Positions 29,917 to 37,667 of a stretch of 64,000 nt of DNA are shown piece after piece. Each line of letters starts with the position of its first letter. Position 1 is the first letter of the stretch. Location: positions 44,154 to 108,153 of the forward strand of contig CAVWIZ010000003.1 in NCBI GenBank assembly GCA_963755195.1, read 5' to 3'. Source of the DNA: an uncultured Acidobacteriota bacterium. GTDB taxonomy: Bacteria; Acidobacteriota; Vicinamibacteria; Vicinamibacterales; CAVVIG01. The position numbers and the translations under genes are program-made. The notes beneath the pieces were generated by a model. It was not told where the DNA came from and made no database searches. It saw only the letters and a list, made by a program, of their open reading frames with translations.

Positions 29917-31557
29917 TCACTGCTCCCACTCGTACCCCGGCGCCGTCGTCAGACGGCCGTCCTCGACCGGCATCCCCACCGTGAAGTGATACAGGCTTTG
30001 AAATGCGTGTCCGGAGAAGCCCATGACGTCGTGAACCGGGTCGTCGAAGAAACAGCCGATGCCGGTGGCACGAGCCGACGCCGCCTCGGCTTCGAGGTAG
30101 AGCACCTGGCCGACCACGCCCGACTCCCAGAACAGGTGACGGTAAAAGGCCGGCCCGAATTCCTGGAGGCTGCGATCGAAATCGGCCAACATCCCGATGC
30201 TGAAAAAACCGTCGGCCGCAATGTCCTGCCCGCAGCTGAGACGCGCGGCCAGTGCGCGACAGTCGCCGCGCGCCAGACGAACGAGCGGGCCGGCCTTCTC
30301 CCAGAGGAACGTGGAACTCGACGCTTTCTTCAGCGCGTCGAGCACGCCCTCGTCCCGCGGCAGAAGGTACAGACCCGGTTCGAGGCCGTCCACGCGGTGG
30401 ACGAACAGCACGAGGTGAATTCGCGGCGTCCACCACATGGCGTCCCACGGCGCATGCGGACCGGGCACGGCGCGGGCAAGCATAGCGACGAAACGGTCGA
30501 CGCCAATCGATGAACGGCCGTCGAACGCCACGGCACTGCGACGCTGGAGGATCAGCCTGCGAGCATCCGCTGACGATGACGGCGAGAATTGGGTAATCGG
30601 GTAATCTGGTAATTGGGTAATTGGTGGTGGTAGGCGACCCGGATCCTCCGTCGCGAGCGCGATCTCGTCGATGAACGACCACTGCACGTGATCCTCGCTC
30701 AACTGGCTCGCGCACCCGGTCCATCGCCCGCCACGAACAGCCCGCACGAGCGCTTCGCGCGACGCCGCACGTCGCACGATTTCGTCGGCGCCTCGCACGG
30801 TGACCGCGAGGATGCAGCCGGGCTCCTCGCGCTCGGCTTCGACGAAGTCTTCGTCGCGATCGATGCCGGTGAGCGCCGCAATGTCACGCTGCGGCCACTC
30901 CGGGAGCAGTGCCGCCCGCCAGCCATGGAGCGCGGCCGCGAGCCGCAGGGCGCCGATGGCGTGACCCAGATCGTGCTGGCAGTACCGGAACGCCCGCTCG
31001 CCGTACTTCCACGACTCGCGCCAATGAATGGAGGTCAGGGCCACCAGGCACACGACGTCGGCGTCCCACGCGGTCGGCCATGCCGTCGGGTCGAAGACCG
31101 ACCGGCGCTCGAGCACGTGGCGATCGGCCGCGTAGTGGAACACCGACGGCGTCTCGGACAAACCGTCGAGCGCACCCGTTACCACGTAGGCCTCGGTCGG
31201 GTGCAGGTTGCCGCTCGAAGGGTTGACGCGGAGCGACCAACGCGAACCGCGAAACTCCTTCCACGCGCTCAGCCCAAGGGCGTGCCGCAGCAGATCGCCG
31301 ACGGCGGCAGCCGTGGGAATCGAGGGCGGCGCCGATGACGTGGGGAAAAAGAGCTGGTCGTAACTGAAAGGTGACGAAGCAGCAGCAGACGGACCGTCCG
31401 GCGCCGGAAACAACGGCACCGAGGCCGCGCCGCTGAACGTACGGAAGGGACGAGGCTGCGACGCCCAGTCGAGATAGCCGGTCGACCGGGCGAACCGATG
31501 AAAGTGGTGCTTGGTGCCGTCGTGGTAGAGATGGACGGCGTCGAGCTCAGACACCAA
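29917..31557 (-). CDS. SagB-type dehydrogenase / nitroreductase family protein with two tandem domains
   Basis: 546-aa ORF. N-terminal LYHDGTKHHFHRF... SagB-like start and a second nitroreductase-like half. The interdomain linker PPPITQLPDYPITQF is encoded by the octamer repeat at 30586-30627. Confidence 0.65.
   Translation of the reverse strand: MVSELDAVHLYHDGTKHHFHRFARSTGYLDWASQPRPFRTFSGAASVPLFPAPDGPSAAASSPFSYDQLFFPTSSAPPSIPTAAAVGDLLRHALGLSAWKEFRGSRWSLRVNPSSGNLHPTEAYVVTGALDGLSETPSVFHYAADRHVLERRSVFDPTAWPTAWDADVVCLVALTSIHWRESWKYGERAFRYCQHDLGHAIGALRLAAALHGWRAALLPEWPQRDIAALTGIDRDEDFVEAEREEPGCILAVTVRGADEIVRRAASREALVRAVRGGRWTGCASQLSEDHVQWSFIDEIALATEDPGRLPPPITQLPDYPITQFSPSSSADARRLILQRRSAVAFDGRSSIGVDRFVAMLARAVPGPHAPWDAMWWTPRIHLVLFVHRVDGLEPGLYLLPRDEGVLDALKKASSSTFLWEKAGPLVRLARGDCRALAARLSCGQDIAADGFFSIGMLADFDRSLQEFGPAFYRHLFWESGVVGQVLYLEAEAASARATGIGCFFDDPVHDVMGFSGHAFQSLYHFTVGMPVEDGRLTTAPGYEWEQ
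30586..30627 (+). repeat. YGGGTAAT octamer array (about 5 units) inside the nitroreductase CDS, antisense to it
   Basis: Plus strand reads GAATTGGGTAAT-CGGGTAAT-CTGGTAAT-TGGGTAAT-TGGTGG. It is translated on the minus strand as PPPITQLPDYPITQF. Confidence 0.85.
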
Positions 31558-31816
31558 TGAGCGAGGTCGTTTCGGCCATGCGTCGATCGATCTCGGCCAT
31601 CGCCTGGCCGATCTGGTCGCGCCGCCGCTCGTGCGCTGTCGCGCCCATCTGGCGCTCGAGCTCGGTACGCGCGAGCCTGAGCGATTCGAGCACCCTCATC
31701 CGCTCGGGATCGCGCACGTCGCGAATCTGCGCCTTGGCGCGCTCGCGCTCGAGTTCTTCCATCCGCTCTTGAATTCGTGAATCCGCGTCGATCAAGCCTT
31801 CGCCAGCATCACCCAT
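31547..31816 (-). CDS. hypothetical coiled-coil small protein
   Basis: ORF 31547..31822 (ATG at 31816). Charged helical sequence ERMEELERERAKAQIRD... Overlaps the downstream nitroreductase start by 11 nt. Confidence 0.45.
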   Translation of the reverse strand: MGDAGEGLIDADSRIQERMEELERERAKAQIRDVRDPERMRVLESLRLARTELERQMGATAHERRRDQIGQAMAEIDRRMAETTSLIGV

Positions 31817-31824
31817 ACCCACAT

Positions 31825-31830
31825 TATAAG
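31825..31830 (+). promoter_or_regulatory. -10-like TATAAG 8 nt upstream of the lhr GTG
   Basis: catTATAAGatgaacgcGTG. Only 22 nt separate this start from the divergent ATG at 31816. Confidence 0.3.
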
Positions 31831-31838
31831 ATGAACGC

Positions 31839-34800
31839 GTGACCGCGCGGCCGACTTCTGATGCGCTCGCACGATTTCATCCGGCGGTGCGTGCATGGTT
31901 TGGCACGGCGTTCGGCGCGCCCACCCGCCCGCAAACACAGGGCTGGCCCGCCATCGCGCGCGGTGAATCCACACTGATCCTCGCCCCGACCGGCAGCGGA
32001 AAAACGCTGACGGCGTTTCTCTGGTGCCTCGATCGACTGATGTTCGCGCCGTTACCCCACAAGGCGCGGCGGTGCCGCGTGCTCTACGTGTCACCGCTCA
32101 AGGCACTCGCGGTGGACGTCGAGCGCAACCTCCGCGCGCCGCTCGCGGGCATCGCCGCAGCCGCCGAGGCGCGCGGCGACCCGTACATCCGGCCGGCCAT
32201 CGCGATCCGGACGGGCGACACCCCGCAGGCCGATCGGGCCCGTTTCCAGCGCGAACCGGCCGACATCCTGATTACGACGCCCGAATCGCTCTATCTGCTG
32301 CTGACCTCGAACGCCCGCGAAGCGCTCCGCTCGATCGACACGGTCATCGTGGACGAAATCCACGCGCTGGTGCCCACCAAGCGCGGTGCGCACCTGATGC
32401 TGTCGCTCGAGCGCCTCGCCGCGCGCGGCGATCGGCCGCTCCAACGCATCGGCCTCTCGGCGACGCAGCGCCCGCTCGACGAAGTGGCGCGATTCCTCGG
32501 AGGCGTCCAACCGAACAATGCCGCAGGGCGACAGGGCCGCCGGCCCGCGGGCCTGAAAGGCCCGCGCCACAATCGTGAAACCGAGGCTGAAACCGACATC
32601 GACCAGGAATTCGCCATGCACCGGGGCGTGGTCCGCTACCGCCCCGTCACGATTGTCGACGCCGGCCAGAGAAAGCCGCTCGAGTTGAGAATCGACGTGC
32701 CCGTTGAAGACATGGCACGCCTGACGACCTCGGACGACATTCCGAGCGGTCCCGCGTCAGTCGGCGACACGCGACAGTCCATCTGGTCGGCCATCCACCC
32801 GCGGTTGCTCGACCTCATTCGCGCGCATCGCTCGACCCTGGTGTTCGTCAACAGCCGTCGGCTGGCCGAACGGCTCGCCGGCGCGCTCAACGAACTGGCG
32901 GGCGAGATGCTCGTCCGCTCGCATCACGGCTCGATCGCCCGCGAGCAGCGCGTGGAAGTCGAGAACTTGCTGAAATCCGGTGATCTGCGCGGGCTGGTCG
33001 CCACGTCTTCGCTCGAACTCGGCATCGACATGGGCGCCATCGACCTCGTCGTGCAGATCGAGGCGCCGCCGTCGGTCGCGAGCGGCCTGCAGCGGATCGG
33101 CCGCGGCGGCCATCATGTCAACGCGATCAGCAAGGGCGTCATCTTCCCCAAGTTCCGCGGCGACCTCGTCGCGTGCGCGGCCGTGGCCAAAGCCATGCAC
33201 GAGGGAGCGGTCGAAGCCACCCGCTATCCCCGCAACCCCCTCGACATCGTCGCGCAGCAGGTCGTCGCCATGACGGCCATGGACGAGTGGGACGTGGACG
33301 ATCTGTTCGCGACCGTCCGCTGCGCCGCGCCGTTTGCCGAACTCAGTCGAGCTACCTTCGATGGTGTGCTGGACATGTTGTCCGGGCGCTATCCCTCCGA
33401 CGAGTTCGCCGAACTGCGGCCGCGCATCACCTGGGATCGCGCGGCAGGTACGGTTGCCGCGCGCGAAGGCGCCAAGCGCGTCGCGGTCATCAACGGCGGC
33501 ACGATTCCAGACCGCGGCCTCTTCGGGGTGTTCCTTCTGGGAGCGGCGCCCGGAACGTCGCGGGTGGGCGAGCTCGACGAGGAAATGGTGTTTGAAACGC
33601 ACGTCGGCGAGACGTTCGTGCTCGGCGCCTCGTCGTGGCGAGTCGAAGAGATCACGCACGATCGCGTGCTGGTGTCGCCCGCGCCGGGCCAGCCTGGCAA
33701 GATGCCGTTCTGGAAGGGCGACCGCTCCGGCCGCCCAATCGAGCTCGGGCTGGCCATCGGCCGGCTCGTGCACGACTTGCTGCGCCTGCCGCCTGCCGCC
33801 GCCGTCGATCGGCTGACGCGGCAACACGATCTCGACGTCGTGGCCGCCGGAAACCTTCTGCAGTACCTTCGCGATCAGATGGCGGCGACACGCGCCGTAC
33901 CGGACGCCACCACGATTCTCGTCGAACGCGTGCGGGACGACCTGGGCGACTGGCGCGTCTGCGTGCTGTCGCCGCGCGGCGGACGCATTCACGCGCCGTG
34001 GGCGATGGCCGCGGCCGCGAAGATCCGCGAGGAACGAGGCATCGACGTCGAGACCCTCTGGGGCGACGATGGGTTCGTCGTCAGATTTCCGGATGTGGAC
34101 GAGCCGCCCGACGTGCGCCTGCTGCTGCCCGATCCCGACGAAGTCCAGGCGCTCGTCGTCCGCCAGCTTGGAGCCACGGCGATGTTCGCGGCGAAGTTTC
34201 GAGAGAACGCCGCGCGTTCGCTGCTGCTGCCGAAGCGCCGGCCGGGAATGCGCGCGCCGCTCTGGCAGCAGCGCAAACGATCGGCGGATCTGCTGGCGGT
34301 GGCGTCGAGGTACGGATCGTTCCCCGTGCTGCTCGAGACCTACCGCGAGTGCCTCCGCGATTTCTTCGACATGCCGGCGCTCATCAGCACGCTCGCCGAC
34401 ATCCGAAGCCGCACGGTGCGCGTCGCGACGGTCGATTCCGACAAGCCGTCGCCCTTTGCGGCGTCGCTCCTGTTCAGCTATGTGGCGAGCTTCCTGTACG
34501 ACGGTGACGCACCGCTGGCCGAGCGCCGCGCCCAGGCGCTCGCCGTCGATCAAGCGCAACTTCGCGAGCTCATCGGCGACGCCGAGTTGCGCGAACTGCT
34601 CGACGCCGAGTCGATAGACGCCGTCGAGCGCGAGCTGCAACGTCTGGATCCTCGCTACCTGGCGAAAAGCGCGGATGCCGTTCACGACATGCTGTTGGCC
34701 ATCGGCGATCTCACGCTGGAGGAGATACAGGCGCGAACGATCCCGGACGCGGCGGCTCCGGCCATCGACGCGCTGGTCATGGCGAAACGCGCGTTACTCG

Positions 34801-36581
34801 TGAGTGTAGGCGCCGATGCGCGGTACATCGCGGTTGAGGACGCGGCCCGCTATCGTGACGCCCTCGGCGTCTTGCTGCCGACCGGCATCCCGAAGCCGCT
34901 GCTCGCTCCGGCGCCGGATCCACTCGGCAACCTGGCGCGCCGATTCGCGCGGACGCACGCCCCGTTTACCGCGGCCGAGTTCGCGCGGCGCTACGGGCTC
35001 GACGTCGAAGCGGCCAGCGAGGTGCTTGGCAGGCTCACCGCCGACGCCGGACTCGGCCTCGGCCTCATTCAGGGCGAATTCCGGCCAGGCGGCACGGGCC
35101 GCGAGTGGACCGATACCGCGGTCCTTCGGCGGCTTCGCCAGCGCTCGCTGGCCCGGCTTCGCCGGGAGGTCGAACCAGTCGATCAGTCGGTGCTCGCGCG
35201 TCTCGAAACGAAGTGGCAGGGGATTGTGACGAGACGGCACGGCACGGACGCGTTGCTCGACGCGATCGAACAGCTCCAGGGCGCTCCCCTGCCGGCGTCG
35301 ATCCTCGAAACGGAAATCCTGCCCGCGCGCATCGACGCCTACGATCCGGCCGACCTCGATGCCGTCACGGCCGCGGGCGAAGTCGTGTGGGTGGGCGTCG
35401 AACCGATTGGCGACCGCGACGGCCGAATCGCGCTGTACCTTGCGGACGAGCTGTCTCGACTGCTGCCGCCCGATCTCGTGAAACCGAACCTCGACTCGGG
35501 CGAGGCCGCCATCCTCGAGCATCTTCAGGAGCATGGCGCGTCGTTCTTCGGACCGCTGCACACGGCGATCGGCGGCGGCTACCCAGGTGAAACCGTGACG
35601 ATGCTGTGGAATCTGGTGTGGCGAGGCCTCGTCGCGAATGACACCTTTCATGCGCTGCGCGCGTTCACGGCGGCGCACATGCCGAGGCGGCGCTCGCGCC
35701 GGGGCCAATCCTCCAGTGCGACGGCATTTCGATCGCGCCGCAGCGCGCCGCTGTCGGCCGAAGGGCGCTGGACGCTCGTCGCGCGGAACCGGCCTGAGCG
35801 TGGAGCGAAGAGCCCCGCGCGACGGGAGAGCACAGCATGGGCCGCGGCGTGGGCGCAGCAGCTGCTCGCCCGCCACGGAGTGCTGACGCGCGAGGCTGTC
35901 GCGTCTGAAGGCGCTGCCGGTGGATTCGGCGTCGTTTATCCCGTGCTGAAACTGATGGAAGACAGCGGGAAGATTCGGCGCGGCTATTTTGTCGCGGGCC
36001 TCGGCGCAACGCAGTTCGCGCTGCCCGGCGCGCTGGATCTGCTGCGCTCGCTCCGCGACCCGCAGTCACACGATGGTGGCGAACCTGAGGAGGTGGTGTT
36101 GGCCGCGACCGATCCCGCCAATCCCTACGGCGCGGCCATCAAGTGGCCCGCCTTCGCCGGTGCGACTGCACCGGCTTCGGCGCGGCAAGCCCGAGGCACG
36201 GCGTCGACTTCAGCGCGGCAGGCCCAAGACACGGCGCCGGCGACGGCGGGGCGAGGACCCACGCGATCGGTAGGCGCCACGGTGATTCTGGTCGACGGCG
36301 CGCTGGCCGCCTATCTCGCACGCGGTGATCGACAGTTGCTGACGTTTCTGCCGGAGGGCGAGCCCCAGCGGTCCAACACCGCCCGCGCCGTCGGACGCGC
36401 GCTCGTCGCCCGTGCGCGCAGCTCTGCCGGAGACAACCTCGCTCCTCGAGGCATGTTGATTGAGGAAATCGACGGCCTGCCGCCGTCAATTCACGCGATC
36501 GCGCCCCACCTGGTGGCGGCGGGGTTCATCTCAGGGGCGATGGGACTCCAGGCAACGTTTACGAATCGGGTAATTGAGTAA
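31839..36581 (+). CDS. lhr: Lhr-family ATP-dependent DEAD/DEAH-box helicase (large helicase-related protein)
   Basis: 1580-aa uninterrupted ORF. FHPAVRAWF..PTRPQTQGWP..LILAPTGSGKTL (motif I), VIVDEIH (DExH), SHHGSIAREQR, GRGGH motif VI, and a long Lhr-type C-terminal extension. Confidence 0.9.
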   Translation: MTARPTSDALARFHPAVRAWFGTAFGAPTRPQTQGWPAIARGESTLILAPTGSGKTLTAFLWCLDRLMFAPLPHKARRCRVLYVSPLKALAVDVERNLRAPLAGIAAAAEARGDPYIRPAIAIRTGDTPQADRARFQREPADILITTPESLYLLLTSNAREALRSIDTVIVDEIHALVPTKRGAHLMLSLERLAARGDRPLQRIGLSATQRPLDEVARFLGGVQPNNAAGRQGRRPAGLKGPRHNRETEAETDIDQEFAMHRGVVRYRPVTIVDAGQRKPLELRIDVPVEDMARLTTSDDIPSGPASVGDTRQSIWSAIHPRLLDLIRAHRSTLVFVNSRRLAERLAGALNELAGEMLVRSHHGSIAREQRVEVENLLKSGDLRGLVATSSLELGIDMGAIDLVVQIEAPPSVASGLQRIGRGGHHVNAISKGVIFPKFRGDLVACAAVAKAMHEGAVEATRYPRNPLDIVAQQVVAMTAMDEWDVDDLFATVRCAAPFAELSRATFDGVLDMLSGRYPSDEFAELRPRITWDRAAGTVAAREGAKRVAVINGGTIPDRGLFGVFLLGAAPGTSRVGELDEEMVFETHVGETFVLGASSWRVEEITHDRVLVSPAPGQPGKMPFWKGDRSGRPIELGLAIGRLVHDLLRLPPAAAVDRLTRQHDLDVVAAGNLLQYLRDQMAATRAVPDATTILVERVRDDLGDWRVCVLSPRGGRIHAPWAMAAAAKIREERGIDVETLWGDDGFVVRFPDVDEPPDVRLLLPDPDEVQALVVRQLGATAMFAAKFRENAARSLLLPKRRPGMRAPLWQQRKRSADLLAVASRYGSFPVLLETYRECLRDFFDMPALISTLADIRSRTVRVATVDSDKPSPFAASLLFSYVASFLYDGDAPLAERRAQALAVDQAQLRELIGDAELRELLDAESIDAVERELQRLDPRYLAKSADAVHDMLLAIGDLTLEEIQARTIPDAAAPAIDALVMAKRALLVSVGADARYIAVEDAARYRDALGVLLPTGIPKPLLAPAPDPLGNLARRFARTHAPFTAAEFARRYGLDVEAASEVLGRLTADAGLGLGLIQGEFRPGGTGREWTDTAVLRRLRQRSLARLRREVEPVDQSVLARLETKWQGIVTRRHGTDALLDAIEQLQGAPLPASILETEILPARIDAYDPADLDAVTAAGEVVWVGVEPIGDRDGRIALYLADELSRLLPPDLVKPNLDSGEAAILEHLQEHGASFFGPLHTAIGGGYPGETVTMLWNLVWRGLVANDTFHALRAFTAAHMPRRRSRRGQSSSATAFRSRRSAPLSAEGRWTLVARNRPERGAKSPARRESTAWAAAWAQQLLARHGVLTREAVASEGAAGGFGVVYPVLKLMEDSGKIRRGYFVAGLGATQFALPGALDLLRSLRDPQSHDGGEPEEVVLAATDPANPYGAAIKWPAFAGATAPASARQARGTASTSARQAQDTAPATAGRGPTRSVGATVILVDGALAAYLARGDRQLLTFLPEGEPQRSNTARAVGRALVARARSSAGDNLAPRGMLIEEIDGLPPSIHAIAPHLVAAGFISGAMGLQATFTNRVIE

Positions 36582-36673
36582 TCTGGCAATTTGGTAATTG
36601 CGCCATCGCGATGCGATGGCGTTTGGGCAATTACCAATTACTCAATTACCCGATTACTCAATTACCCAATCAC
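36567..36673. repeat. Inverted pair of YGGGTAAT octamer arrays flanking a 9-bp hairpin; fills the lhr/NHL convergent spacer
   Basis: Left arm CGGGTAAT-TGAGTAAT-CTGGCAAT-TTGGTAAT (contains the lhr TAA). Centre CGCCATCGC-GAT-GCGATGGCG. Right arm is the reverse complement of five units and ends at the NHL stop. Confidence 0.9.
36601..36621. terminator. central hairpin of the lhr/NHL convergent spacer
   Basis: CGCCATCGC-GAT-GCGATGGCG (9-bp stem), extended imperfectly by the flanking inverted octamer arrays. Confidence 0.45.
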
Positions 36674-37653
36674 TTCCCTCGCACATACCTGTCCAGCCCG
36701 TGCCGCCGGACGACGGCGCCGTAGACGTTGCCCTGCGCATCGACGCCCACGCCCTCCGCGCCGCTGTGGTCCGGCGTCGTGGACTCGATGTCTTCAATGA
36801 AGTCGATCGGCACGCCGTCCTTCGCGCTGCCGATGCGGAAGCCTTTGCGCCAGCCGGGGTTGTCGGGGCCGGACTCGGAGTCGGCGACGTACAACATGTC
36901 GTCCTTCGTGATGGCGATCCCACTCGGCCGCCCGAACTGTTTCCACGTGTCGAGGAGCTTGCCGTCCTGGTCGTAGATCTTGATCCGGTTGTTTTCACGA
37001 TCGCCGACGAACAGCCGGCCTTGCGAGTCCATGGCAATGGTGTGCGGTTCGCTGATGTCGTCAGGGCCGGCGCCCTTCCGGCCCCACTCCTTGATGTACG
37101 CTCCGTCTTTGGAGAATTTCACGACGCGGCTGTTCGGCGAGCCGCGATGGCCGTCAGTCACGAAAATGTCGCCGTTTCTCGCGGTCACGACGTCGGTCGG
37201 CTGGTTGAAAGTGTCGCGGCCGAGGCCTGCGACGCCGGCTTTGCCGAGCGTCAACAGGAGTTTCCCGTCGCCACTGAACTTGAACACCTGGTGTCCCTTG
37301 CCTGCCGCGCCACGCGAGTCGGTCGCCCAGAAATTCCCGTCCTTATCAACAGAAGCCCCGTGCGGGAACACGAACATCCCCTGTCCCCAACTCTTGAGCA
37401 GCTTCCCCGACGGGTCGAACTTCAGGATCGGCGCCACATCGTCGTGTCCGATGCAGCCGTTGTTGTCTTTGGCGAAGCAGCGCGAGAGGACGAACACGGT
37501 GCCGTCGGGCGCAATGTCCACGGACGTGACTTCACCCCACGTCGCGCCGGCCGGCAACTGTCCCCAATCGGTCGTGCGGCGATAGTAATGCCGCTGCGCG
37601 TGAACGGTCGCGACAGCCAGCGCAAGCAGGGCGATTGCCATGAGTCGTCGCAT
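36670..37653 (-). CDS. secreted NHL-repeat beta-propeller protein (PAL-like)
   Basis: ORF 36670..37749 with start MRRLMAIALLALAVATVHAQ (ATG 37653). Repeated P-x-G-(I/V)-(A/S)-(V/I)-D-x-x-G-N-(I/F)-(F/W/Y)-V-(A/T)-D blades. Confidence 0.75.
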   Translation of the reverse strand: MRRLMAIALLALAVATVHAQRHYYRRTTDWGQLPAGATWGEVTSVDIAPDGTVFVLSRCFAKDNNGCIGHDDVAPILKFDPSGKLLKSWGQGMFVFPHGASVDKDGNFWATDSRGAAGKGHQVFKFSGDGKLLLTLGKAGVAGLGRDTFNQPTDVVTARNGDIFVTDGHRGSPNSRVVKFSKDGAYIKEWGRKGAGPDDISEPHTIAMDSQGRLFVGDRENNRIKIYDQDGKLLDTWKQFGRPSGIAITKDDMLYVADSESGPDNPGWRKGFRIGSAKDGVPIDFIEDIESTTPDHSGAEGVGVDAQGNVYGAVVRRHGLDRYVRGK

Positions 37654-37667
37654 CGGTGGCCCGCCCA

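Noticed and set aside
32757-34685. Very long ORFs antisense to or overlapping real genes. Examples: 1748..3115, 16056..17144, 17144..18754, 19129..20433, 21415..22809, 22707..24107, 32757..34685, 41468..43390, 49945..52008, 58537..60249, 61479..62813.
   Set aside because: Their translations are Arg/Ala/Gly/Pro/His-rich with no recognisable motifs. Each lies opposite a gene with strong family signatures. Such shadow ORFs are expected in GC-rich DNA.
36177-36236. Imperfect 33-nt period duplication in lhr (SARQARGTAST / SARQAQDTAPA).
   Set aside because: It is real but minor. Two imperfect copies in a low-complexity, poorly conserved part of the Lhr C-terminal region give no evidence of function.
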